This document shows, piece after piece, positions 1 through 27,524 of a stretch of DNA of 64,000 nt (position 1 is the stretch's first letter; every line of letters starts with the position of its first letter). The stretch is taken from assembly GCF_009914755.1 (NCBI RefSeq), contig NC_060929.1. The stretch is one strand, 5' to 3'. The notes beneath the pieces are model-generated. The model worked only from the letters and a program-made list of their open reading frames with translations, made no database searches and had not been told where the DNA came from. A program made the translations under genes and the position numbers. This DNA comes from the human T2T-CHM13v2.0 reference genome, Homo sapiens.

Positions 1-68
1 ATTTTCCTTCAGAGCTATTAATCTAAATGTTTAAGAATTGCAAACCTGCCACAATAGTGCTAGTTTAC

Positions 69-168
69 CTGTTGCAATAGTAAACTGCATTATTGGGATC
101 CAATTCTATTGCCTGTGTGTAACAATCCACTGCAGCAGCATAATTTTCTTCTTTCATGTGGTTATTGC
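69..168 (-). CDS. SGTB: SGTB coding exon 5 (100 nt; TPR1 and start of TPR2: (G)[33 protein letters not shown]); gene continues off the left edge
   Basis: Minus strand tttag|GCAATAAC...GCAACAG|gtaaac; translation matches the SGT-family TPR; phase fits exon 4. Confidence 0.97.
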
Positions 169-856
169 CTAAAATAAAGTAACCAGTATGTACAGTAAGT
201 ATAATATACATTAAAAACATACACTCTTATAGACACATTTTAATCGTGGAAACTATAATTATATGAAAGTCGGCCTCATGATTTTTCAGTCACACTGGAA
301 AAAATTTTACATTGTACTATAGAGTTGATATTATTTAGCTTTCAGTGTGTTTGAATCATTTTAACAATGCAAAGTCTTTTAAAAAATTAATGTTTATATA
401 CCTTATAAAATCCAGACTTAAAAGAGTAAATGCAACAATTATGACTATCTCATGGCAAAAGTGAATCTCTTCTCACCTTCCTTATCTTCATCTCTCTCCT
501 CCCTTTTAGAGCTGCCCCAGCCCGTTCCAGATGCAACACCCTCCCTAATCACCATCTCAATCTGGACCTGGTCTTCCACTCTTTCCCTGTTAAAACACAC
601 ATCTGCTGATAATCAAGTTCTCAGAACACTGCTGAGGATAAGCTGATAAAACTAATCATGCTATCATGATAGTGGCAGATAATATTTTTATGTGCTATCC
701 CTTCCAGAGTTAGACTCTTTTTAAAAGGGGATTTAAAGAGATTAATTTCTAGAAAGAGAATTTCAGATACCATGGCTAGCCTGCAAAGTACTGATTTTCA
801 GGAAGGGCATCTGCAGATACATCTGGCAGTAATTTAGCTAAGTTAATAAAATGTCA

Positions 857-1270
<414 letters not shown>

Positions 1271-1477
1271 ATTAGAAACAATGGAGATTAGGAGGAATGA
1301 TTTACATCTCAAAGGTATCTGTGATTCTTTCCAGTTTTCTTAAACCAGAAACTCTCACATTAGCCTTGTTCTTAATAGATCATTAGCTGCTTAACAGGAA
1401 GAGTGGGGCATAAATTTCCAAGGAACAAAAACAGAATATTCAAATTACTGTAAATTAGGAATCAAAAATGAATATAA

Positions 1478-1960
<483 letters not shown>

Positions 1961-2337
1961 CAAGTTAAAAAAATTAATTTGGATCTTCCCCAAAAAAGAA
2001 ATCAATAGAAAGCCTCTAAGGAAACTGAGAGGTTAACATTGTTTTTTATGAAGAAACAAAAAGTTTATATTAGCAAAGATAGTTTGATTTCCATGTCAAA
2101 CATTTTAATTTTCTGGGTTATTGAGACTTTGATGTTGCTGTTGGGCTCTTTGTCTTGATGGCATTTTATGATTACATTATAAAACTGTACTGTATGTCTT
2201 TTCCTGTGTCACCTCAAAGGTGTAGATATCATAATGTATATATACATACCACAAATATTATACACATATATACTATAAGTTAATGATAAAAGGCTTAACA
2301 TATTTAACATATAAAATACTTAACATATAAAAATTCA

Positions 2338-3096
<759 letters not shown>

Positions 3097-3167
3097 TTAC
3101 AGACCTAGAGAAATGACCATGCCCAAGGAATAGGAACAGTATAATTGTTTCATATCCACCTTTTTAG

Positions 3168-3520
<353 letters not shown>

Positions 3521-4277
3521 CATGATATATATTTTTTTAACTCAACTGCCTTCTTCAAGGTATGAAATAAAGAAAAGGCTAGAAAATGTTTCTGAACATA
3601 GCATATTCCCTAGTAACCCTCTGTCTATATATAGAACAGAGGATTTATTGGCTGTCACTCACTGCTAAAGATAAGGACTATACCCTAAAGCTTTGTAGTA
3701 CAAATCTTACAGGCCTCACCTGGCTCCCGTCTATAGCTTAACATAGCTGACATAATGGAAAAATGGAACACAAATCCTCAACAGTGACTTATTTCTTAAA
3801 ACCAAGAATGCTTCAATAGCCAACTAGTATAAAATTTAATAATGTAGTAATCAAAAGTGCTAGCTAATAAACAAGTACCATGTGCCTACCTTAACAAATT
3901 TCAAAGAACTCAAAAACACTAAACATATGAAAGATAAAATAATGCTGAAAACTATTTTCCTCTTTTTAAGTTAAAGAAGAATTTGAGATCCTACAGTATA
4001 AGTAGCAAAAACCGAAGCAATTCGCCCTTAAGTTATGTGTTCTGCAACTTTTACAACAGATCTGCTTCTCTTGAAGCAAGCCGTAACTGTACTGCCCACA
4101 AGCCATTCTGTACTTCCAGGCTTCTTACCCATCACATTCATTTCTGTTTCATAATTGCCATGTGCACTTATGACAATCTAGTCTTGGTGGTGTAATCAGA
4201 ACTATATCAATTGACAGTAATTTCCTCCAGTTTCAGAAAGCTTTACTAAGTAAGTCATTTTTGTATGAAATATTCAC

Positions 4278-4347
4278 CTTCATCTTTTAATTGGTCAGCT
4301 TTTCCCACATCTTCAGGCACTGAGTTTGAAAGGGGCAGAACGTCATT
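4278..4347 (-). CDS. SGTB: SGTB coding exon 4 (70 nt; NDVLPLSNSVPEDVGKADQLKDE-G)
   Basis: cag|AATGACG...GATGAAG|gtgaat; phase 0 to phase 1, in frame with neighbouring exons. Confidence 0.97.
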
Positions 4348-4550
4348 CTGAAATTAAATAAAAATCAATGCACTTCCCTTTAGCTACATAAAGAATCATC
4401 CTAGAGTACTATAAATAAATAATAAATTACCCACATTTTAAATCATCTGTAACTCCACATCATGAAAACAACTTCCTAAATAATAGTATTAACAAAAATA
4501 GGGGAAAAGTCCTCTCATATATTTTTTATTAGAAATATGAATATCTGTGA

Positions 4551-5687
<1,137 letters not shown>

Positions 5688-6498
5688 CTATGTACTGTAG
5701 TATATATCCATCATTACCTTTGTCTTGATTAGAGTTTCTACAAAATTGATAGCTCTACATCAGAAATATATTTTGCAAATTAGACATAAAGATTCACAAG
5801 TAAAAAAAATTACTGACAAAGTATATGGGTCTTGTCCTTATTTTTTTTTAAATCATTATCTACTAATCAGTTTTCCCAAGCATAAAATATTAGAATAAAA
5901 ATATAGAAACAACATGAGAACCTTCCTAAGTAGAGGTCACTGCTTAAAACTGACTGTAGTTACTCAGGATCTAAATATAATTCAAAGACACATTATTGTC
6001 CTACAGCACTTGGCTTTAGGGTTCCTTGTATTTTAAATTTTCCAATAAGCCTAGGCACTTTATACATGGGAAAAAGTGATTTGGGGGTCAGAAAAATAGC
6101 ATATTAAAAAATAGATTATAATCTCTTCTGTCTTCCCAATCCTTCTAAATTATTTGCGAAAATTGCCACTGTTTTATACTTTGAAAACTAATTATCATAT
6201 TCATTGCATAAATTTGAGCAGTTCACCATGTGGGGGCAAGAGCTACCTATTCTAAATAAAGGGAATGAATCCACTTGATATATAAACATAATTGGAGAAA
6301 AAAAATAGAAAAGCAGTATCCTAAAGATAAAATGACCAATATAACAACCAAGTACACTTGGTGAAACAAATAATTTCTTTAATTACAACAATCGTCATGC
6401 TATTTCAGGTGAATTTACACTTTCTCTGCCATATTCTGTTAATAAACATATATGGAATGAAGCCATAGCTGTAAAATAGGACTACTAAAGAATTATGA

Positions 6499-7014
<516 letters not shown>

Positions 7015-7752
7015 TCAATAAACTGTATTTTAACGATAGTGAGCAACAAATTTCTTATAATTAAATGCAATCAGGGAGATACAGCAAAAGAAAGAAAAAG
7101 CTTTATTCAAACAGAGGGTAAAAGTCAATTAGAGTTTCCTGAGAAGGAAAAAAAAAAAAAGTAGTTCTAATATCTTCAGTATTAAGTCAATGGTGACAGT
7201 AGCTAAAGAGTGAGAAAATCTAAGAACTGTGTCAAGCACAGGCCTCACCTACCTGACAGCAAAGAAGGTCTGCTTTAGCCATAACCATATCTAGCCACTG
7301 AAACAGGGTTCCCTGAGGGGGCCACAGGCCCAGACAATGAAAGAACCACAGCCCACCATCACCAAAGGGAAGAAAAAGGGAGCTCCCTGATGAGGAACAG
7401 AGATAAACATCACTATCTCCTTATATCTTGTCATACAATAAGAATTCATCCGTTTGATGAATTAATGAATAACTGCATTATTTTTCTCCCAAGTGTAATA
7501 AAAGGGGATGATTTACTGCCAAGTTGCCATCTTCATTGCAACTCTAACAACCTCTTCCCAAGAAGTTCTAGAAACAGAGCCTGGAAGATCCAGTCAAGTG
7601 TGGTATTGTCAGCAATGTCCACTCCAGACTTAAGTGTGTAAGATATGTTTCAGCTTCACTCCAGAATTCTTCATTATATACTAAAGCTCAAGTACGGAGT
7701 TAGAAAAACAAAAGGAGCCCACGAGGCACCACAATGTCATAAAGAAACATGT

Positions 7753-8080
7753 GGGCCAGGTGTGGTGGTTCAAGGCTATAATCCGAGCACTTTTTGGAGG
7801 CCAAGGCAGGACGATGGTTTGAGCCCAGGAGTTCAAGACCAGCCTAGGCAACAAAACAAACAAAGACCCCGTCGCTACTAAAAAACAAAAACAAACAAAC
7901 AAAAATTAACTGGGTGTAGTGGTGTGTGATTGTAGTCCCAGCTACTCACGAGTCTAAGGTGGGAGAATTGAGGACTGCTTGAGCCCAGGTGGCTGAGGCT
8001 GCAATGAGCCATGATCACACCACTAGACTGCAGGCTGGGTGACAGAGAGAGACCTGCCTCAGAAAAAAAGAAAAGAAAGA
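7753..8080 (+). mobile_element. AluJ
   Basis: Diverged Alu dimer. Confidence 0.88.
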
Positions 8081-8748
8081 AACAAGTGGGAGTTCACCCA
8101 CATGTGGGAGCCCTAAACTCCCTAAACTTAGCATTTTTCAGACAGTCTTATGGTCTGTTTCCTGAAAAGGCCAGAAACCCAAGACCATGTATAAATAGTC
8201 CCCAGGAGCAGGGATCAGAAAACTTGGATTTCAGTCTTAGTTTTGCACAGTGACCCTTAACCCTTCCCTGTTTTAAGGAGCCCCATCAATGGGCAAATTT
8301 GATGAATTCTGCTTCAGAAATGACGATTCAATTCCAGAGGAATCCATTTCTGCATGGCTGCTTCCTAGACATTAAAACTTTTTAAACCTGTATTCCACGT
8401 TTTAGGGAAACATCAATTCAGATGCTGGAAACCAAAAAATACTCAGATTCATTGAAATGACATTCAAGAAAAAAAATACTCAGATACTGTAAAGAACTTA
8501 AAAGTCGACTAATACATACCATTAAATATAAAAGGTGAGAGGATGAAAATAGTTATCAATATGAAAATCTAAAGCACATTAAATGAGTTATATTTTAGAT
8601 ACCCAATTATATCCATATAGACAGACTATTTACCTTATATACAGGATGAAGTTAATTACTCATATACCTGGCCCCTCAGCTATTAACAATCTATTAACAT
8701 AAAATTGTAGTCATATCAGTTAATAATGAGAAAATAATGACAACATAC

Positions 8749-8852
8749 CTTACAGAAGGAACTGGTAAACATTTCTGTCAAAGGCTGTGAAACTGCTAGG
8801 TGTGTATCTTCTGGGCTGATCTTAAAAACTGTCTCCAAGCACTGAATTGCAA
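8749..8852 (-). CDS. SGTB: SGTB coding exon 3 (104 nt; (V)AIQCLETVFKISPEDTHLAVSQPLTEMFTSSFCK)
   Basis: ttcaag|TTGCAATTCAG...TGTAAG|gtatgt; continues the SGT N-terminal dimerisation motif SLEVAIQCLE. Confidence 0.97.
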
Positions 8853-9049
8853 CTTGAAATAAATTTTAATAGTAAAAAACAATTAGCAATTTTAAAAAAG
8901 AAACAAGTTTTTTTTTCTGATAGAACTGCAATGTATGGAAATTCAGTATTTATGATCACAGAACATAAGGAAAACATTGGTTCAGCTGCAAAGAAATTTC
9001 TGTTTATAGACTAGCTATCCAAGGAAAACACACTGATTTTCCTTCTTCC

Positions 9050-9865
<816 letters not shown>

Positions 9866-10261
9866 GTACTCTCACTACAAACCTAAAATATTATTTTTTT
9901 AAAAAATGTGAGAAACAGAATTCTCCATTAATTAAAAACATTAATAGTAACAGAACATAGCCCCCAGCACATAGGAAGAAGCACTAAATATTAATCTTGG
10001 TGTACTTATGTGAAGATAGATTTTAAAAATTCATTCATCTATGCAAATTTGCCAAGTGCCTACTATCTGTAAGGCACTGGTCTAAGGTGGTAGAGAAACA
10101 GTAATAAACCTAACAGAAAAAAATCACTGTCTACATGATAAAGCTTATATTTTAATAAAGGAAGACAACAAATATAATAAGCAAAATATAAAGCATGTTA
10201 AATGCTGATAGGGGCCTTGTCTATTTTTATTGTATGGCAAAATAAGTGGTTGGTATGGCTA

Positions 10262-10664
<403 letters not shown>

Positions 10665-11332
10665 TTAGACTTCAAGGAATGAGCAAATGGAGAACCATTA
10701 AAGAATTTAGTGAGGGAGAATAATGTAACTAAATTATGTTTAGAACTAAAAGTCTGGCAGGAACATTGAGAATGAATTAGAGAGAAAAGTTGGATTTGAG
10801 AAATTGATTGGGATTAGTGAAGTTGGGATTAGTGAACAAAGCTAACCACAGCCTTGGAACTCAGGCCTGTCTCGTTATCCTTATTAATCCAGGCTGAAAA
10901 AATTAAATAACCTGGGTACAATAATTTAACTTACATTTACCTCAAGATTCTCATTTATCAAACAGAGATTATTACATTTGATCTTCCTTTTAGAAGAATC
11001 TATTCCTATTTATTCCTAATGAAAATAATAGACATTCAGGAATAAGTCACAAAATCTAAACAAATACTATATATACTTATTGTTTCACTGTAACACCGAA
11101 CAAAAATAGTCTGGTACTGATAGAGAAAGATGAGTGAAGAATTCTATTCAGTAATACCACATCCTATCTGTATAACACTTAATTCAAAAGTTTTCACATG
11201 CTATGTACCTGCCATTCGCTGATTCAGATTCTCTTCACAAATATATTGGCTGCAAGGAAGGCAAGTATCTCTACCAAATAGACTTAGAAACTAAGATCCA
11301 AACCAACTAAGGGAAATGCCCGAGACCATTGG

Positions 11333-14350
<3,018 letters not shown>

Positions 14351-15094
14351 GGGTGACATAATCTGATGGCAAGACAAAGCTGATGATATACCAGCTTCAC
14401 AGTAGTGGTAAAGCTGGTATTAGAACTGAGGCTTCTTTCCTAGGGCTTTTAAAAATGTCTAGAAGGTGGGCAGACACCTCCACATGATTTCATGTTCAAT
14501 TAAATTAGACTCACAGAGTCAAAAATAGGGGTCAGTCAAAAACAATTGGCACCCTTTCTGACTGCCATATATAACAAACAGCTGAAGGCACATATTTTTG
14601 GCTGAATACCATCCTAAAAATAGGACATAACATCTTGGTTTGAAAAAAAAAACCCTCAATTTTCTTTCTGGCCCTTAAAACTTTTATGCTGCTTTTGATT
14701 AGAAAAGAAACATCTTTTCTTAAATGACTGCATTTATCTGTTTGCTACAGAGCAATCATAACTAACATTCTCCTTAGATAACCAATCAACTTTATCTTCA
14801 CATAGTCTAATCATCAAGGAGAACAAAAAGACCTTAATATTAAATGGACTGATTGCAATGTTCTCCAACTGTGCATCACCTGCTCCTCTCACTGCCACCT
14901 GGAAAGACATCAACTAACCAGACTGCAAGGAGGTTTAGAGCAAATGCCCAATTTTCATCTCCACCTCCTAAAAGCATATTCACAGGGAAATGCTTGTTGA
15001 AATTATAGAAGCAGTTTCAAGATGGGATTTATAACTATACTGTCATTTATTAAGTTCTTCCAAATGCACTCTCACTGCAATAATTAAGACTTTG

Positions 15095-16290
<1,196 letters not shown>

Positions 16291-16494
16291 CAATAGTCCT
16301 CTTAATTTGTTGTTAAAACAAACAAAACAAGCTTCAGAAAATGGAAATACGATAACCTTATAGTCAGGCCTCTCCTCTTGAAAGATCAAAAAAAATTCTG
16401 ATTATGTTACAGTAGATCATCAAGTTGGGCTTACAGCTATTTTAGTCTTCGTTTATAATTATAATATAAATGAACACAAAGAGCAGATGCATAC

Positions 16495-16594
16495 CTTCCA
16501 AACTTTCTTGTTCATCCGAGGTGTAAGTGTCCATCTGACTTTGTTCCCGTAAGAAACGAATAACTGCATAAACCAGGTGCTTGATAGATGACAT
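16495..16594 (-). CDS. SGTB: SGTB exon 2 coding part (MSSIKHLVYAVIRFLREQSQMDTYTSDEQESLE); exon spans 16495-16616 including 22 nt of 5'UTR
   Basis: ATG at 16594-16592; acceptor tttttcttatcaag| at 16617; donor GAAG|gtatgc; recognised N-terminus of SGT-beta. Confidence 0.97.
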
Positions 16595-17703
16595 TTTAGA
16601 AGCTTAAACACTTTTCCTTGATAAGAAAAATGAAAACACTGAACTAAGTTATTTTAAAGAATCAGTCAGGAAAGTCATAAATTACAAAGATGATATGGGT
16701 TATAAAGTGTATTAAAGGTAAAAACAAAACACAAAACTGTATGACCTTTCATCTTTTCTCTTTGTAAAGAGTCAGGAGAGCACAAAGTATTGTGAAGGTA
16801 ATTTATTACATATTTTCATTAATACCCAGTGGTATACGAGTATGTTAAATCTTGGAATAAGTAAAAATGTCTTCAAAACATGTACAGCATAAGCTTAGAC
16901 TGTCACTGCATATCTCACCATACAGAAATCCCCTAAAGGCCTCAGTACTAAGTTAAGAGGCATTTCATACTGCTGACTAAAAGCTGATGTATACCAAGCA
17001 TCTTCCTCTTTTTCATGGGATCTAAAAAAAGTATTAATAATGTACACTCTACCCACTTTTGTAGGTTGAGAGTTATTTGATGAGGAAACACATTCGCGAA
17101 AGGTTATTCAACTGGTGAGTGTCGTTCTTAATAAAAATGGCATTTCTATTTAATCAGCAGACATGTCAGGAAATCGCTGCCCAAGTCGATGGATACTACA
17201 AGCCGACCGGCGCTCCCTGCAGAGGCTGTGCTCTCGTGGACAAGCTGGAAGCTCCCGGTCATGTTCATTCACATGGAATACTATCGCATCCAAACAGTGG
17301 CGCAGGGCCAGGCGGCATTCATGGCTGATTTCCACCAAATCGCATCATCCATCTGCTCCCCAGGTTCCCTAATTCAAAGCCAGGGTGTGGTACCCGCCGC
17401 TATAATGTTTATTATTTGTGTAGTTATTTTAAAGGCGATGTCAGCCTCTAGGCCACGGGGTCATAAGCACTAAATAAGGCCCCAGGGCAGAAGGTAAAAA
17501 CAGAATGGGGGGAAAAGGGGTGAGAAGAGGGAAATAGGCTTCTCCCCCTTCCTCTCCCCAGAGCGCATCGAGCTCCCCCTCCCTTCCGTCCTCCCTCAGG
17601 TACCCGGCCTCGCCTCGGCCCTGCCCGGTGTGCAGCGGGTGCCGGTGCGGGCCTCGGTCCGGAGCGGCGGGAGGCGCACCCTTGCCAGACAGAAGCCCCT
17701 TAC

Positions 17704-17890
17704 CAAGCAGGAGGACGCGAGACGACTGCTGCTGGCCCGCGGGGTTCCGTAGGCAGGCCCGCCCGACCCCTGGTCCTCGGGGCTGGAGCCCGGCTCGGGA
17801 TCGCAGCACTGGTCGCGGCGGCGCAAACTTCCCCGGCCCCTAGGCCGTAGACCCCAGAACCCACCAGGCTGTGCTCTCTCTCAGGCGGCA
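17704..17890 (-). other. SGTB: SGTB non-coding exon 1 (5' end approximate)
   Basis: Minus-strand donor TTG|gtaagg at 17703 inside the CpG island, just downstream of the GC-box cluster; TSS inferred. Confidence 0.75.
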
Positions 17891-18160
17891 GGGTCTGGCC
17901 AGCACCGCCCCTGGGGCGGGGCCGGACGCGAGGGCTGGGGCGGGGCCAGACACGCGAGCTGGGGCGGGGCACGGCGCGGGGCGGGGCTGGTAGGCGCCGG
18001 CGTGGAGCTGCCGCACGTGGGAGGGCGCTGGCCAGGCAGCCACTGTGGCCTCTGCGGCTAGGCCGGCTCGAGACTCCCGGGCGCCCAGGCGCTGCCGCCC
18101 GCCTCGCCGCCCCACGCCGAAGGACCACGCGCCCGCCGCCGCCAGCCTCTCAGCGCTCCC

Positions 18161-18201
18161 ATGATCGCCCGGTGCCTTTTGGCTGTGCGAAGCCTCCGCA
18201 G
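18161..18201 (+). CDS. NLN: NLN exon 1 coding part (MIARCLLAVRSLR-R; start of the mitochondrial presequence)
   Basis: ATG at 18161; 41 nt ending CGCAG|gtacct (phase 2); joins exon 2 in frame. Confidence 0.95.
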
Positions 18202-19308
18202 GTACCTCCAGCGCGCGGGTTAACCTTGGCCGTGGGCAGGGCGGGGTCTTTCGCCGTGTGGTGCCTGGAGCCCGGACCCACCCCTTCCCGACCGCGCCTC
18301 TCCGACGCTCCCGGGACGCACCCTCCCCGCGGCTTGCAAGGTGGACCCCTGGGGGACACCTGGCGCGGCCACCTGGGGCCACCTTTCCCGCCTCCGCTCC
18401 CTCGGGAGGACGTCCATTCCTCTTTGTTTGGGACTGCCTCAGCCGCAGTCAGCGAGGCTGGTCACAGACGCGGCCCAAAATGAATGCAAATAGTTTGGAT
18501 AAGAAAATCATTTCACGTTCAATCCCAATGCAGAACTACAGACCTGTCATTAAAAGTGCCGCAGCTGTGGACTCAGAACAATTGTGTTTGCTCCTCGCGC
18601 CCATTATTAGCATTCCAATCGTTTAACATCCACCCGAGATGAAACCTCTTTGGTGGTGTTGCTTGTTTCCGTCCATGCTCTCTGACTTCCTTTTTTATTT
18701 TCCTCCTCCCCATAAAACAAACATTCTGCCTCTTGCCGGTGCAAATTGACTTGGCCCAAAATGGAGAAAATGATCGCTTGGACACGGCTTTGGGCAGCCT
18801 GAGCTGCTGTTTTGGATTGCTTCCTAGCCCTCTAACCACACCCCACTGCAACAGACCAGTAGCAAGATGGTGAGGGAATTAAATTCTTTGCACGGATGCG
18901 CTGGTTTTCGGAAACAATGCCGCCACCATCCCCGTTTCCAAATCTGCCCAGAACTGTAAATCCAAATGAAGATTCAACAGAATAAAGAAAATGTGTGCTT
19001 CTTGCTAGCTATCAACAAAACTACTTTGTAACATGTCAGCATTTAAGCTTTCTACAGTTCCCTTTTGCACATTGCCACTCGTCTGTGTGGATGGAGCTTT
19101 GTGTTGCTCAGTCCGTAGAGTTAGGGAGCAGGCAGGCGACAGTGGTTAATTACAAAGAGTTAATGTGGTGATTGGTGACCATATTTCAGCCTGTCGTTTT
19201 TTGCTAGTCTCCAGGCTGCAATCGATATAGCTGTCAAATGAAGTTATACCAAGAAATGAAGACTTCACATAATGCAGGGGTGAGAGGAGGGAATAAATCT
19301 TCATATAA

Positions 19309-22402
<3,094 letters not shown>

Positions 22403-22949
22403 ATATGTGGTATTAGATTCTTTGTTTATGCATGGAAGAAAATAAATATACTAATAGCCAAAAAATTATTACCTTGTTAGAAGCTACCATAAATATATTA
22501 ACTAATTTGTTACATAAGGGCATATCTTACAGTTAATCATCATATATGGTAGTCCTTAACCCAGGGCTTCCTTGACTTAATCACAGAATCTGCTCTGTTT
22601 CAAAATCAGTATCTTCCAAAAGAGTTCATATTAGACAACATGGAGGACCCCCTGTGTTCTCCTGTTTTTCCTGTTTCCTCTGACACTTGGGAGTTCATTT
22701 TAGTGTTATGGAGTAACTAGGCTTTTGCCTAACTGACTTACAGTTTCCATTGGGTTTTCTTGTTGGCAGAGCTGCTATATCCCCTTCCCAAGGCCAGCTT
22801 CCAGCTAGGATCATTGATTGGGGTGTTCAGCCAACTTCTTGGGAATAAGTGGACTGAGAATCTGGAGTTTGGATTATAGTTGCTGTTCAATTCACTTTGT
22901 GACCTTAAAAAAATCACTCACTCCCTTGGACCTCTTTCAAGTTATGTAC

Positions 22950-26637
<3,688 letters not shown>

Positions 26638-26684
26638 TGTACTCACCTTTTAAGATTGAAACAAATATAGAACACTTTGAACAT

Positions 26685-27208
26685 TGCCTGGTTATATCCA
26701 TTCCTATTACCACAAAAATGCTGTATAACAAACTGAATTTCAGTGGAGTACAATGATCAATGTTTATTTTTGCTGACAAATCTAGATTTTGGCTGGGCAG
26801 TTTTTCTGATCTTAACTCATTCATGCTCCTTCAGTCAGCCATGGGTTGTGTAGGCAGCTCTGCTGATCTCTGCTATCCTCTCTCACATGTTTGGTGATGT
26901 AGGATGGCCACAGCTGGGGCTATTTGGCCCTCTTTCCTGTGACGTCTCGTCCTCCAAGAAGCCACCTCTGGCTTGTTCTCATGTCAGTGGCAGGGTTCCA
27001 TGAGAGAGTGGAAGGCAGTTGGAACTGGAACCTCATTAGCTCTGCCACATTCTACTGGTCAAAGCAAGTCACAAGGCTAGCCCAGATTCAAGAAGTGGGG
27101 AAACAGACTCTATCTCTTGATGGGTAGAACAGCAAACTCACATTGTTAAGAGACATAGACTCATAGCAGGTAGAAAATTGAGGCCATGTTAGTTATCAGT
27201 CTACCACA
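26685..27208. mobile_element. MLT1-type MaLR solo LTR
   Basis: Motifs ggtcaaagcaagtcacaaggctagcccagattcaag and the terminal tctaccaca. Confidence 0.75.
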
Positions 27209-27524
27209 TCGGCACATAATAAAATCTCGAGAAATATTAGTTACTGTTTTTACTTGTGTGAATTGCCTAGTTTTATTTTGGGATTTTTAAAATTAGGATT
27301 ATTACTTTGTAAGAGCCCCTCATAGATGTTTCAGTTGTTTTTGATCTTTGAACTTTTGGGGTAGATTATTGTTGCTTTTTGCTTTTTTGCTTTATCCCTA
27401 CAAAAGTTTAAATTTTTATACAGTCAGAAATATCAGTCTTTTCCTTTATGATTTCTGCCTTTGGTCTCATTCCTAGAAAGTCCTTCTCCACCCCAAGATT
27501 ATGTATTTTAAAAATCACCTACAT

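Larger units (their letters stand above)
17150..18480. promoter_or_regulatory. CpG island and bidirectional SGTB/NLN promoter
   Basis: Very high GC and CpG content; four exact GGGGCGGGGC boxes (17913, 17937, 17961, 17978); E-box CACGTG at 18014-18019; no TATA box seen. Confidence 0.93.

Noticed and set aside
17065-17125. Hammerhead-ribozyme-like or box C/D-like motif (TTGATGAG...CGAAA)
   Set aside because: Core C3 is U, stem II needs a bulge, no UH cleavage triplet pairs correctly, and there is no box D CTGA
17441-18483. Long Arg/Pro/Gly/Ala-rich ORFs on both strands
   Set aside because: Expected from stop-codon scarcity in a CpG island; only the 41-nt NLN exon 1 frame is supported as coding
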